From an uncultured Acidobacteriota bacterium (GTDB taxonomy: Bacteria; Acidobacteriota; UBA6911), in assembly GCA_963843575.1 (NCBI GenBank), contig CAWJKZ010000021.1, forward strand, positions 128,001 through 192,000: 64,000 bases of DNA. Reading direction: 5' to 3'. Below, piece after piece: positions 39,778 through 52,480 of this stretch. The position numbers and the translations under genes are program-made. The notes beneath the pieces were generated by a model that saw only the letters and a program-made list of their open reading frames with translations, was not told where the DNA came from and made no database searches. Every line of letters begins with the position of its first letter. Position 1 is the stretch's first letter.

Positions 39778-40881
39778 TAGCTCTCCTTGGCCTGGTAGCC
39801 CTTCCTCGTCTGCACCTTCACCTTGTCCGGCTTTCCGTCGTTGTTGATAGTCGGCGGTGACGTCGACCTTGATCTTGCGGAATTTACCGTCTTTCTTTGT
39901 GTTGGTCGAGGCGTACGCGATGCTGTACTGGTTGCGCAGCATCGCCGAGATGTTGCTGAAGATGGAAGGGAATTCGGTGACGAAGCGCGGGAAGAACGCC
40001 TCGCCGCCGGTGAACTCGGCGAAGGAGCGCAGCCGGTTGTCGGACATGAGCAGTTCGAGGTTCTGCTCCGGGGAGATGTAGCCCGCGGCGTCGGCGCGGA
40101 TACGGAAGTTCTGGCCGAGGCCGATGGCGTAGATCGATGGCGTTGGCGGCCTTGCATTTCTTGAGCGCCTCGTCGTAGGTGTGCCGGCTGAAGGTGTCGA
40201 GGCCGGTGCTGACCAGCAGGACGGCGACCTTTCCGTCGATCTCCTCGACCCGGTCGAGCGTGTCGATCAGCGCGTCGGACAGGTTGCTCTCGCTGAAGGC
40301 CGGGTACTGGAAGCGGCGCAGCGCCTCGTTCAGCTTGTTGCGGTCCTGCGTGAAGTCGGAGAGGATCGTCGGGCGCATGTCGTAGCCGATGACGGCGACC
40401 CAGTCCCCCGGCCGCAGGCTGTTCGCGAACCCGTAGATGGCGTTCCACACTTCGTAGATGAACCAGCTGACCTGCTTGCTGTACTCGACCAGCATCACGG
40501 CGGTGATGTTGGCCTCGATCGGGGAGAAGTTGCTGATGTCCTGCTTGACGTTGTCTTCATAGATCGGTGAAATTCTCGGGGCGTCAGGCCGGTGATGATG
40601 TTCCCCTTCAGGTCGGTCACCAGCACCTGGAGCGACACGAGATCGACCGCGACCGAGATCGCCGTCTGGCCCTGGGGCTGGTCCTGGTCCTCCTGGGTGC
40701 GCCGGCTTCCTTCTTGTGCTTGCGCAACGGCGGCCTCTGCCCCTGCTGCGGACTTCTCCTCGGATTGCGCCTGCGCAAACGCGGGCGTGTGCCGGGCGAC
40801 CAGGGCGACATCCGGAGGCTTTCCGGTGCGAGTAGCGCCACGCCGAGCATGACGAGCAGGATCGATCCTCACTGACTTCAT
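39777..40881 (-). CDS. Acidobacterial VWA-domain protein (frameshifted)
   Basis: VDLVSLQVLVTD..G..ITGL, STGLD, TGGEAFFP, LRNQYSIAY, DGKFRKIKV, TRKGY, in several frames. Confidence 0.8.
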
Positions 40882-40993
40882 AGAAGGGACTCCAGGTCGG
40901 TCGGCGCGGGGCCGGTGATGCCGTCGCAAGGATACCGTAAATAATGGTAACACACAGTCTCCGGGACGCAAAGAAACGCGCGGGACAAATGAT

Positions 40994-41023
40994 TTGACGC
41001 CAATATTCCCGGGTGCTAATAAT
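40994..41023 (+). promoter_or_regulatory. Possible sigma70 promoter for the lysW-like/HAD/larE genes
   Basis: TTGACG, 17 bp, tgcTAATAAT in an AT-rich intergenic patch; GGAGG RBS before GTG 41066. Confidence 0.45.
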
Positions 41024-41065
41024 TTGTCGTTCTATCTTCCCGTATGATTTTCTCGGAGGTACACC

Positions 41066-41328
41066 GTGAGCTATTGTCCCGAATGCGAGGCCGCCATCGA
41101 CGAGGAGTTCGAAGACCTCGGCGAAGTGATCTCCTGCCCCGAATGCGGCGTAGAACTCGAGGTGATTTCGATCGATCCCGTCGAGTTCGACCTCGCTCCC
41201 GTAGACGACGAGGATGAGGACAGGACGATGACTATCGGTTCGACGAAAGCGACGAGGACGACGAGGACGACGAGGACTGGGACGACGAAGATGACGAGGA
41301 AGATGAAGACGACGAGCGTGAGTATTGA
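41066..41328 (+). CDS. LysW-like zinc-ribbon protein with extended acidic tail (one frameshift near 41220)
   Basis: CPECEA...GEVISCPECGVELEV..DP; the shifted frame continues with D/E-rich DEDDEDWDDEDDEEDEDDEREY*. Confidence 0.75.
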
Positions 41329-41419
41329 GGATGCGTCCATCATGACATCCACCTCCGGTTCCTTGCCCCGGTGCCGCTCCGTGGCCCCTGCTGCGTGCGC
41401 CTCACATGGAGGCCTTCAT

Positions 41420-42118
41420 TTGCCGCAGCACATAAGACTTCTGGTTTTTGACCTGGATTACCTGGTTTTCGACTGCTCGTTGCTCAAGGTGAGCGCTCTC
41501 AGGCAGAGCCTTATTTCGTTCGCCGAAGCCATACCCCAGAGCACTCGCCTGCCGGACGAGGTGGATGCCGAGGAGGGATTTCTCCAGCACGGGTTCCGGT
41601 GGCTGCAGTTCCTGGAGATCGGGCTCGACGAGGAGCGGCTCGAGGAAGTGCGGCAGGCATACCGGGTCCACGAGGATCGCTTGATCGAGGCGGGCGCCGG
41701 AAAGATCTACCCCGGGCTCCCTGAGTTTCTGGCCGGGTGCCGCCTGGACGACGTGCGACTCGCCCTCGGGGCCGACGCCAGCCGGGACTACCTGCTCTCG
41801 GTCAGCGACCGTTACGGCCTGCACGGCGTGTTCGATGTGGCGCTGTGCACCGAGGAGTACGGCGTCGGCAGGGCGCAGGAGATGCTGGAGGATATCATGT
41901 ACCAGGCGGAGGTCAATCCCAGCGAGACCCTGGTGCTCGGCACACGGCCGAGCATGTTCGAGGCGGCGCACAGCCTGGACGTCGGCGCCGTCGGGTGCGG
42001 TTGGGGAATCCACCAGCGGGACGGGCTTAGGGAAGCGGACCTGCAGGCGCTCAGCATCGGCCAGCTGCCGGCCGCCATCCGGGAAGCGGACGACAGGGCG
42101 GAGCAGTACCTCGGGTGA
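41420..42118 (+). CDS. HAD-superfamily (Gph-like) protein, degenerate motifs
   Basis: TTG start after GGAGG; LLVFDLDY, YPG, VGCGWG. Confidence 0.75.
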   Translation: MPQHIRLLVFDLDYLVFDCSLLKVSALRQSLISFAEAIPQSTRLPDEVDAEEGFLQHGFRWLQFLEIGLDEERLEEVRQAYRVHEDRLIEAGAGKIYPGLPEFLAGCRLDDVRLALGADASRDYLLSVSDRYGLHGVFDVALCTEEYGVGRAQEMLEDIMYQAEVNPSETLVLGTRPSMFEAAHSLDVGAVGCGWGIHQRDGLREADLQALSIGQLPAAIREADDRAEQYLG

Positions 42119-42160
42119 TCCCCGAGGTGAGTTCAGATCCCCGTTTCATGGTACATTTTG

Positions 42161-42996
42161 ATGATGACTCTGCAAGAAAAAGAACTGAAGCTGGAAACCA
42201 CTCTCGCCGGCATGGGACGCGTCCTTGTCGCTTACAGCGGCGGGGTTGATAGCTCCTATCTGGCCTACAAGGCTCACCGGGTCCTCGGGGCCGACGCTCT
42301 GGCCGTGACGGCCGAGAGCCCGTCGGTGCCATCCCACCAGCGCCGCATGGCCATGCAGGTCGCCGGGCAGTTCGGGTTCCCGCACGAGATTGTCAATACG
42401 CGGAAGTGGAGCGCGAGGAGTACCGGAACAACCCGCCGAACCGCTGTTTCTTCTGCAAGGACGAGTTGTATGCCGTGCTCGCCGGCGTGGCCTCGGAGCC
42501 GGGGATTTACCGCGATTCTCGACGGGCTCAACACCGACGACCTGGGCGACTACCGGCCGGGGCGCGACGCGGCGCGCGCGCACAATGTCCGCAGCCCACT
42601 GGTGGAGGCCGGGCTCAACAAGGCCGAGATCCGCGAGCTCTCCCGAAGGGCCGGGTTGCCCACCGCGGACCAGCCGGCGTCGGCTTGTCTGTCTTCGCGG
42701 TTTCCCTTACGGCGTCAAGATCACGGAGGAGAAGCTGCGCAGGGTCGACCGCGGCGAAGAGGCGCTGCGCGAGATGGGATTCCGGATTTTCCGGGTGCGC
42801 CACCACGACGAGATGGTGCGGCTGGAGTTCGGGTCGGAGGATCTCGCCCGCGCCCTGAACGTGGATGTCGCCGCAGATCCTCACGCGGCTCTTCAAGGGC
42901 CTCGGCTACAAGTATGTCGCGCTGGATCTCGAAGGCTACCGGACAGGGTCGGCGAACGAGGTGCTGGTTAGCGAGATCCGCCAGTTTCCCGCCTGA
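42161..42996 (+). CDS. larE: ATP-dependent sulfur transferase LarE (frameshifted)
   Basis: AYSGGVDS PP-loop, RCFFCK, DGLNTDDLGDYRPG, PASACLSSR, RVRHH and DLEGYRTGS. Confidence 0.88.
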
Positions 42997-43026
42997 TAAA
43001 TCCGCCGTATAATCCCGCACATCAAA

Positions 43027-43130
43027 GTGGGTCCGGGCTTCAGCCCGGACGTCTTTTGATCTGATCTATGTGGCGACGGGCGCACGTTATAGCGACCGCA
43101 AACAGCGTCCGGGCTGAAGCCCGGACCCAC
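43027..43130. repeat. REPIN-like doublet (family C), copy 2
   Basis: gtgggtccgggcttcagcccggac ... gtccgggctgaagcccggacccac, a perfect inverted pair; spacer shared with the 17816 copy. Confidence 0.9.
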
Positions 43131-43182
43131 TTGGGTTGGGCTAGGCTGAGCTACAAACGTCCGAGCCGCGCGAGGTCTGCTC

Positions 43183-44882
43183 ATGAGATCGCTTCCCCTG
43201 CGAATCGCCGTGTGGTTGCTCCTGTTCGGATCACTCCCCCTATGTCACGGTGCCTCGAAAAGCCCCGTCCGCGGCGTTCACGGCATGGTGGTCTGCACCG
43301 AGCCCCGGGCGGCCCGGGTGGGCCTGGACGTGCTCAAACGGGGCGGAAACGCGGTGGACGCGGCCGTCGCGGTAGGTTTTGCGCTTGCGGTGACCCACCC
43401 GTCGGCCGGCAACCTGGGCGGCGGCGGCTTCATGATGATCCGGGACGGCATCCGGCACGGTCGTCGCGCTCGACTACCGCGAGATGGCGCCGTCGGCGGC
43501 CTCTCGCGACATGTACCTGGATGCCTCCGGAAAGCCCGATCCCGCTGCCTCGACCGTCGGGTGGCGCGCTTCCGGCGTGCCCGGCACCGTGGCGGGGCTG
43601 GCCCTGGCGCTGGAGTGGCACGGGACCCTCAAGCTCGCGGACGTCGTCGCGCCCGCGGTTGCACTGGCGCGCGACGGCGTCGAGCTGAGTTGGTTCGAAA
43701 GCGAGTCGTTGCGCGGCGCAAGCCGGTTGCTGGAACGTTTTCCGGAAAGCCGGAGGGTCTATCTGCGGTACGGCCGGCCCTATGAGGCCGGCGAGCGGTT
43801 CTGCCAGCCCGATCTGGCCGCCACCCTGGAGGCAATCGCCCGGAACGGCCCGAGGGAGTTCTACGACGGCCCCGTCGCCCGTCGCATCGCCGAGGAGATG
43901 AAGGCGAATGGAGGGCTGATCACGCAGGACGATCTCCGGGGGTACCGGGCCCTGGTGCGCCAGCCGATCGAGGGGACATACCGCGGCTGCCGGGTTTACT
44001 CGGTGCCTCCGCCAAGCTCGGGCGGGATCGTGCTGGTGGAGATGCTCAACGTGGTGGAAGCATTTCCGCTCGAGCGTTACGGCTCCGGCTCGAGCCGCAC
44101 CCTGCACCTGCTCGCCGAGACCATGAAGCTGGCATTCGCGGACCGGGCGGAGTTCCTGGGCGACGGCGATTTCGTGGACGTGCCCGCGGCCGGCCTGACG
44201 TCGAAAAGCTACGCCGCGGAGCGGCGCTCCAGGATCGACCCGTTCCTGGCGGCGGAAGCCGCGCGCACGGCACACGGCGCGCCGGCCCGCCATGAGAGCG
44301 AGCAGACCACCCACTTCTCGGTCGTCGACGAAAAAGGGAACGCCGTGTCCAACACCTACACGCTCAACGGTGGTTACGGTTCGGGCGTGACGGTGCGCGG
44401 CACCGGCATCCTGATGAACAACGAGATGGACGATTTCAGCGCCCGGCCGGGGACGCCCAACGCCTACGGCCTGGTGCACGGTGAGGCCAACGCCATAGCG
44501 CCGGCGAAGCGCCCTCTGAGCGCCATGACCCCGACAATCGTGACCAGGGACGGGGAGCTTTTCATGGTTCTCGGGAGCCCCGGTGGGCCGACCATCATCA
44601 ACACGGTCTTCCAGGTGCTGCTGAACGTGATCGATTTCGGGATGACGCGTGCAGGAGGCAGTGGACGCGCCGAGGATCCACCACCAGTGGCTGCCCGAAT
44701 CGCTTGCCCTGGAGAGGTTCGGATTTGCGGAGGACGTGACGCAGGCGCTGCGGGCGCGCGGCCACACGCTGCAGGTGCGGAATGCCATCGGGGATTGTCA
44801 TGCGATCGTCGTGGACCCCAAGACCAGGGTGAGACTCGGGGCGGCGGACCCTCGCATGGACGGCGTCGCCCTGGGCTACTGA
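43183..44882 (+). CDS. ggt: Gamma-glutamyltransferase (frameshifted)
   Basis: [53 protein letters not shown] and DAPRIHHQW. Confidence 0.93.
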
Positions 44883-47517
44883 CCGGCCCAGTCCTCGAGC
44901 GTCTGCTGGATCACCTCTTTCACGTCCTCGATCCTGAACGGCTTGGCGAGGTAGCGGTTGGACGTCTGCTCGAAAAACGACCGCGTCTCCGTGCTCACGG
45001 TGTCGCCGGTGACGAAGATGATGCGGCTGGCGAGCGACGGGCGCTCGCGCGTGATCCAGTCGAAAAGATCCCGCCCGCTCATCTGCGGCATCTTGAAGTC
45101 GGTCACCACCAGGTCGTATTCGTGCGCCTCGATCTTCTCCCGCGCGATCCTGCCGTTGCTGGCGGTGTCGACGTGCATCGGGTACATCTGGAAGACCTCG
45201 ACGAAGAAGTCTAGTATGTACCTCTCGTCGTCCACCACGAGGATCCGCTTGCCGCGCACGAGGTTTTCGAACTGCAGTGCGCGGGGCGCCAGGTCCGCGG
45301 CGACGGCCGGTTCGTCCTGCAGGACGGAGTTGACGGGCAGCTCGATGACGAACGTCGAGCCTTCGCCGACGCGGCTGCGCGCGTATATGTTGCCGCCGTG
45401 CTCCTTGATGATGCCGTAGGAGAGGCTCAGACCGAGTCCCGTCCCCTTGCCCACCTCTTTGGTCGTGAAAAAGGGATCGAAGATCTTGGTGATGATCGAC
45501 TCCGGGATGCCGGGTCCGTCGTCGACGATCTCGACCACGATGCGCTGGTTGGCCTGATCGGTGCGGGTGCGGATGATCAGCCGGCCGTTGCCGTGGGCTT
45601 CGAGCATCGCCTGCTCGGCATTGGTGAGGACATTGAGGAACACCTGCTGCAGCTGGTGGGCGTCGGCAATGGTCTTCGGCAGCCCACGATCGAGCTCCCG
45701 GCATATCTCGATGTTGTTGACGGCCAGCTCGTAATTGCGCAGCTCGACGGTGCGGTCCAGTATCTCGTTGATGTCCGAGAGCGTGCGTTCCGGTTTCTGC
45801 TTGCGGGCGAACGACAGCAGGTTCTGCACGATCTTCTGGCAGCGGAGCGCCAGGTTGTTGATCTTCAGGAGGCTCTCGCGCGCCCGCTCGTCGAGGTCGC
45901 CCCGCAGCTGCAGGAGCTGCGAGTAGCCCATGACGCCCGTGAGCGGGTTATTGAGTTCGTGGGCGATCCCCGAAATCAGTTCGCCGATGGCGGAGAGTTT
46001 TTCGGACTGGATGAGCTGCTGCTGGAGGAGCTTTTCGTTGCTGATGTCCTTCGCGACGTGGATCGACCCGGCGAGGCGGTTGTTCTTGTCGTACCAGGGG
46101 CCGACGGAGATCTGGTAGGTTCCGTCCATCACGGGTAGCTCGACCTCCTCGACGATCAGCCCCTCGGCCTGCATCGAGTGGAGGTGCCGGCACGGGCTCA
46201 GGCTGGAGCCCGCCGGGTTGTAAAGCTCGGCGCAGTACTTGCCGATGACCTTCGGCGGCGTCGTCTTCAGCCGTCGCGCCAGCGCCAGATTCGCCCTCAC
46301 GATCTTGCCGGTCATGTCGTGCACCGAGACGCAGTCCTGCATGGCGTCGAAGGTGGTCTCCCACTCCTTCTGGCTGCGGGATACGACCTGGAACAACCGG
46401 GCGTTCTCCAGGGCGATGGCGGCCTGGTGTGCGAGCGTCTCGGCCCGGAAGATCTCCTCGTCGGTGAAACTCCGCTCGCGCGAGTTGTCGCTGCAGACGA
46501 GGACCCCGATCGGCTGGTCCTTGGCGATCAGGGGGGCGAATATCGCGGACCGCCAGCCCAGCCTGTCGCTGATCCGGCGCTCCATGCGGTGCCCCTGCGG
46601 GCATCTCCTCCACTGCGATCACGCGCTTTTCCACGAGGGCGGTTATCGCAACGGAGGACTCGTCAAGGCTGACTTCGACCTGCCGGATGTCGAGGTTATC
46701 GGTCTGCGTGGATGCGGCGCCGACCAGCCGGGGCTGCCGGTCGTCGACCAGGAAGAGGTGGCACTGGCTGGTCTTGACCAGGCGTTTCCCCTCCACCACG
46801 ATCCTATGAATGATGTCTTCCAGGTCGAAGCTCTGGGAGATGATCTTGTTGACCTCCTGGAGGGCGATCAGGTCCTCGGAGAGCTTGTCCGGCCTGCTCC
46901 CGCAGCCGCACGTTGACGATCGCCACGCCGAGGATCTCGGTCAGGGTGAGGATCAGGTCCTGCTGTGACTCGCTGAGCGTCTTGGGCTTGCGGCTGGCCA
47001 GCCCGAGGGTGCCGAGCAGGCGGCTGCCTGACTCGGACGGGATACAGCGCAAAAAACTGCAGCCCCTCCTGGCGCAACGCTTCGGAGACGCGTTCGGGGC
47101 AGCCCGGGTTCGGCGACCCGTCGACGACGACGGCCCGGTTGTCCGCCAGTTGCCGGTGCACCGGCCCTTCCTGCTCCTGGTCGAGTTCCAGCGCCGACAC
47201 CGTGTCCTTGCGGAAACCGCGGTAGACGGCCGTCGGGGACAGGTTCTCGTCGCCGGAGACGATCCGGAACGTGCCCGCCTCCATGCCCAGCAGGCTCATC
47301 AAGTCGTCCAGCGCGGTCCCAAGCACGGTCGTGAGGTCCAGCGACCGGTTGACCATCGATGAAATGTTGCGCAGCACCGAAAGCTCACGCTGTCTGAACC
47401 GCGGCCGGCTTGCGCACCGGCACGGTAGCCAGAAGGAAGAAGATGCTCGGCAGCAGCCACAGGGCGTGAAGATCGGAGCAGGGGAATGAGGGCGGTAACG
47501 CCAACCGCAACTAGCAT
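44876..47517 (-). CDS. Hybrid sensor kinase with GAF/PAS domains and REC (frameshifted)
   Basis: GAF segments, [27 protein letters not shown] and REC (VDDE, TDFKMP, KPF); start uncertain. Confidence 0.85.
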
Positions 47518-47645
47518 ATCGGCTGAACCCTGGGAAGACTCGGAAAAAGTCAGGTGCCTGAGACGAGGCCACATTATAGGAATGCCGGTTCCCATTTGCC
47601 AGGGAAAACGGAACACGCGGCGATGTGCCGGGCGGCCGGCAGAGG

Positions 47646-48029
47646 TTAAATCATCCCTTTCCCGCTGAAGATCTTACGAGCGATTCCCCTGAAGAATGAG
47701 TCGCTTCCCGCGGGCACGACCGGGGTGGGTGCGGCTGCTGGCCCGGAGGGTTCGGACGCAGGCGCCGCGAGGTGGGAGTCCATCCGGGAGAGCGCCTCGA
47801 CAATGCTGTCGAGGTCATGCCTGAGCCTGATTTGCCGCTCCCGCAAGGCGTCGATTTTGTGACTCAGCTCGAGGGCCTGCGCCGGCAGCATCCCCCACTG
47901 GTTGCTCGTCTCCACGGGCATGTGGTTCTCGCGGGTGACCAGCATCTCGAGCCATTGATCCGTGATTTGGGTGTTTTCGTCGGTGAGGACTTCATCCACA
48001 AGATCCGACCCCGCTTTCCGGCCACTCAT
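47646..48029 (-). CDS. Hypothetical coiled-coil protein
   Basis: 127-aa ORF filling the gap between same-strand genes. Confidence 0.55.
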   Translation of the reverse strand: MSGRKAGSDLVDEVLTDENTQITDQWLEMLVTRENHMPVETSNQWGMLPAQALELSHKIDALRERQIRLRHDLDSIVEALSRMDSHLAAPASEPSGPAAAPTPVVPAGSDSFFRGIARKIFSGKGMI

Positions 48030-48109
48030 GACAATACCCTGCGCATAGCATATCCATCGGCGGGCCTGCCTCCGGCTTTAGCCAAAACGAGGGCGGGATG
48101 GGGGCGGGA

Positions 48110-49177
48110 TTACTGGGTGACGGCTTTCGGGGCGAAATAGCCGCGGCGGTAGCGCGCGGTGTGACCCGGCGCGGTGGCGGTGTCCATGACTATCTTGATG
48201 CGCCGGTACGAGCCGTCCCGGGCGGCGTTGCTGGAGATGTACCCGATGCTGTACTGGTTGCGGAGTTCGTGCGCGATCTCCGAGACGATGCCGCCGATCT
48301 CGGAAACCTTCTGCGGGAAGAAGGACTTGGCTCCGGTTTCCTCGGAGATGCGCTTTAGCGCGTCGTGCGCCTTCTCGGGCACGGATTTCGACCACCGGCC
48401 GAACAGATCCCTTGTCGGGGATCTCGTTGAGGAATCCGACCGTGTACACCTGCACGTCGGATTCCTGGACCTTGGCCACGAGTTCCTCGAGCTTGTAGTA
48501 GCTGTCTTTGTCCTCGCCGTCGGTGACGACGACGATGGCTTTCTTGGGCTTGACGCCGGACTGGGCCTTCTGGACCCCGAGGTACACCGCGTCGTACAGC
48601 GCGGTCCCGCCGGTGACGACGATGTTGTCCAGCGAATCGGTGATCGCGTCGAGGTCGTTGGTGTAATCCTCGAGCAGTTCGGTCTGGTCGTTGAATCCGA
48701 TCAGGAACACCTGGTCGTCCGGGTTGCTGGCCTTGATGAACGCCAGGGCGGCCTTGTTCACCATGTCGATCTTGGACCGCATGCTGCCGCTGGTGTCCAG
48801 CACGATGCCGAGGCTGACCGGGACGTCTTCCTGCGAAAAGAACCTGACGGTCTGCTCGATTCCGTCTTCGTAGAGCTTGAAGTTCTGCTTCGTTCAGCCC
48901 GGAAACGAAGCGGCCGTTCTTGTCGAGGACGGTCGTGTGGATCACGACGAGGTCGACGTTGACCCCGATGGTGTATCCCTTCTGATTCTCGGGGTTTTCC
49001 TGCGGTCCCTTCGAGTCGAGTTCGGGTTTCGGTCTCTTCCGCTCTTCGCTCTTGGGCGCCTGCTGCTCGATCCGCCCGGGCATCCGGTGTCGCGAGGATC
49101 GCCGCCGGGAGCAGGAGCGCGAGGGACAGGAGGGCGAGGAGCAGGCCGCGCGGCGGCTCAGAAGTTCTTCGGGGCAT
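48110..49177 (-). CDS. Acidobacterial VWA-domain protein (frameshifted)
   Basis: VNVDLVVIHTTVLD, LDTSGSM (MIDAS), TALYDAV, TDGED, LRNQYSIGY and RRGYFAP. Confidence 0.85.
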
Positions 49178-50115
49178 AGTATCCCTCCTTCGCGTGCACA
49201 ATCAGCTTGGGAAGGCCTTCGGGAGGATCCAGCTTCACCCGGATCTTGCGCCACTTGCCATCGTGTTTCTTGTTGGTCGGGACGTAGCCGATCACGTACT
49301 GGTTCCGGAGTTCGGCGTGCACCAGGTCGATGTAGTAATCCAGCTCGTTGAAATTGTTCGGGAAGAAGGCCCGTCCCCCCGGTCAGGGCCACGATGTTCT
49401 GGATCTCGGCCCGCCCATAGCCGAGCTTGCCTTCCTCGCCGATCCCGTAGATCTGGACGTCGGACTCCTTGGCGAACTCGCGCACCTCGGTCGCCGAGTA
49501 CCGGCTGCTGTTGTCCTCGCCGTCGGTGATCAGGATGAGGGCTTTCTTCTCGTTCTTGCCCCCCTTGATCTGGTCGAGGCCCATGTACACGGCATCGTAG
49601 AGCGCCGTGCGGCCGCCCGGCTGGCGGAAGGCTATCTCGCTCTGAATGGTGGAGCTCTCGTGCGTGAAGTTGGTCACCATCGTCGTCTTCTGGTTGAACG
49701 TCACCAGAAAGAACTCGTCCTCGGGGTTGCCCGATTGAAGGAAGCGCACGATGGCGTTGCGCGCGGCGTTGATGTTGTTGTTGTCCTTCATGCTGCCGCT
49801 GACGTCGAACAGGATGCCGACGCTGATCGGGGCGGACTGCTGGGTGAAGTGAGAGATGGTCTGCTCGACCTTGTCCTCGAAGACCTGGAAGTGTTCCTGT
49901 TCGAGCCCAGTCACATACCGGTTGAGAGGGTCCGTCACCGAGACCTTCACGAAGACGGTCTCCACCCCGACGCGGAACAGGGGTTTTTCCTGCGGTTTCG
50001 CCCGGGGCACATCCGTCGCGGGACCGTCCTGACCCGACGCGGCCAACCCGGCGGCGATGAACGCTGCCATGGCACAAAGCAGCAGTTTACGCGTCACATT
50101 TGCCTCAATCGTCAA
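49158..50115 (-). CDS. Acidobacterial VWA-domain protein (frameshifted)
   Basis: FDVSGSM, TALYDAV, TDGEDNSS and TGG; ends GYYAPKNF in another frame. Confidence 0.85.
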
Positions 50116-50214
50116 AAGCTAGTCTGCCTGATTTTCAGCGGATTGGTGCACCTCTGCCTGCAGTTTAACAAACACCTGCCTCATGTCAAGAAACAGCGCG
50201 CCGCGGCGGCTACA

Positions 50215-52465
50215 TCAACTGAGTCGGTCGAGGAAGTCGAGCCCGACGAGGACTTCGCGCGGCTTGGATCCGTCCGCCGGGCCGACCAGGCGGTTCTGAT
50301 ACATGTTGTCGATCAGTTTCGCGGCCCTGCCGTATCCGATGCTCAACCGGCGCTGAAGTAGCGAGGTCGATGCCTTTCCCTCGCTCACGACCACGCGGAC
50401 GGCGTCGTTGTACAGGGCGTCCTGGGCGTCCGGACCGACGGGATTGCCCTCCTCGTCCAGTTCCTCGGTGCCGTAGGTCAGGACGGAGTGATCGTAGGAG
50501 GGCTTGCCCTGTCCCTTGAGGTGCTCGACGATCGCCTGCGCCTCCTTTTCGCTGACGTAGGCCCCGTGGATTCGGGTGAGGCGGGAGGAGCCGGGCGGTA
50601 TGAAGAGCATGTCGCCGTTGCCCAGAAGCTGCTCGGCCCCGTTGGCGTCGATGATGGTGCGGGAATCGACCTTCGTGGCCACCTTGAAGGCGATCCGGCA
50701 GGGGAAGTTGGCCTTGATGATGCCCGTGATGACGTCGACGGACGGACGCTGGGTCGCCAGGATCAGGTGAATCCCGACCGCGCGCGCCATGGCGGCGAGC
50801 CGCGAGATCGCTTCCTCGACCTCCCTGGAGGAGACCATCATGAGGTCGGCGAGCTCGTCGATGACCAGCACCAGGTAAGGGAGGGGCTGTTCGAGCTCCC
50901 CGCCAGCGTCGTCCGCCTCCAGAAGCGAGAGCTGTCTGTCCGGTGGACCGGATCAGGGTGTTGTACTGGTCGATGCTCCGCACCCCGCGCAGGGCCAGCT
51001 TCTTGTAGCGGGTTTCCATCTCGCTCGTCGCCCAGCGCAGAGCGCTCGCCGCCTCCTTCGGATCGGTGACGATCGGCGTCAGCAGGTGCGGGATGTCGGC
51101 GTAGATGCCGAGTTCGAGGCGTTTGGGATCGATGAAAATGAACTTCACCTCTTCCGGAGTCGCCTTGTACAGGATCGAGGTGATCATGCAGTTCAAGCGC
51201 GACGCTCTTGCCCGATCCGGTGGCGCCGGCGATGAGCAGGTGCGGCATTCTGGCCAGGTCGGTGGCATACGGCGTGCCGTTGATCAGCTTCCCCAGGCAG
51301 AGCGTGAGCTTGGACGTGTGCTTGCGGAACGCCTCCGACTCGATGATCTCGCGCAGCATGATGGTTTCGCGCTGCGTGTTGGGAACTTCGATCCCCACGG
51401 TCGCCTTGCCGGGGATCCGGTCGATGCGGATCGACTCGGCTTTGATGCCCAGGCAGAGGTCGTCCACCAGGCCGGTGATCCTGGAGTACTTGACGCCGGC
51501 GTCCGGCTTGAACTCGAAGGTGGTGACGACCGGCCCGGGGTGTATGTGGGTGATGCTGCCGTGCACATCGAACTCGGCGCACTTTGTCCCCGAGCTGGCG
51601 GGCGCGCTCCATCAGTTCGGCCTCCTCGACGGCCACGTGGCCGTCCGGCGACGGGAGCAGGTCGATCGGCGGAAGCAGGAACCTGCGGGCGCGGGGCGTC
51701 TTGTCCGCGGCAGGCGCGGGCTTGCCGGCGTTTCGGCTCCGCGGGCTTGGGCGCCGGCTGGATCTTCGGTTCGACCTTTGCCGGTGCGGCTGCACTGGCG
51801 CACCGGGAGCGGGCCGGGGGGTCAGCTCGATGACCTGTCCTGCGGCCGGCTTGATGTTCACGACTGTGCGGACGGGCTTGTGACGCGCTCGCCATTCCTG
51901 GAAGCGGGCCCACAGCCCCGGCCTGGCATTCTCCTGATCCCGCGTGGCCCGTTCGAACAGCTGCTGGAGCGAGAGGGTCGTGGCCGCCAGCACCCCGAGG
52001 ACCAGGACGCCGGCCACGACGATGATGGTCCCGGTGCGGTTCAGGTTGGCCAGGAGCGATTCGGACAGCAGGGCACCCGTCATGCCGCCCGGGGCGAAGT
52101 TGATGTCCCTCAGCTTCACCGGGAGCAACTGGAGCGCGGTGCTCCGACCCGGCGATCAGCAGCAGGAGCCCGAGGGCCCTGGCGTAGGGAGCGCCGATGC
52201 TGCGGCCCCGTACCAGCTTCCACCCGGCGACGACCATGGGAACCAGCAGTAGCAAGGCCGGGAAGCCGAAGAGCTGGTAAAGGATGTCGCTGACCCAGGC
52301 GCCGATCCGGCCGGCCTTGTTGGTCGCGTTGACCTTGTAGAAAAGCGCGTTGAAGCTCGAATCGTGCGAGTCGTAGGAGACAAGGCAGAGCGCCAGCAGC
52401 ACCGTGACAGCCAGCACGATCACGCCGATAAACTCGTGCCGTTTTCCGGGCACTTCCTTCGACAT
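50215..52465 (-). CDS. ftsK: DNA translocase FtsK/SpoIIIE (frameshifted)
   Basis: N-terminal TMs, GPVVTTFE, AGATGSGKS, IDPKRLEL, IDELADLMM, ATQRPSVD and gamma domain LQRRLSIGYGRA. Confidence 0.95.
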
Positions 52466-52480
52466 ACCTGATCCGCTCCG

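Noticed and set aside
41066-42118. 350-aa LysW-HAD fusion ORF
   Set aside because: The junction is an out-of-frame reading of an acidic tail (RTTRTTR), and the HAD gene has its own RBS and TTG start.
48355-50115. 586-aa single VWA ORF
   Set aside because: Frameshift read-through across two tandem VWA genes.
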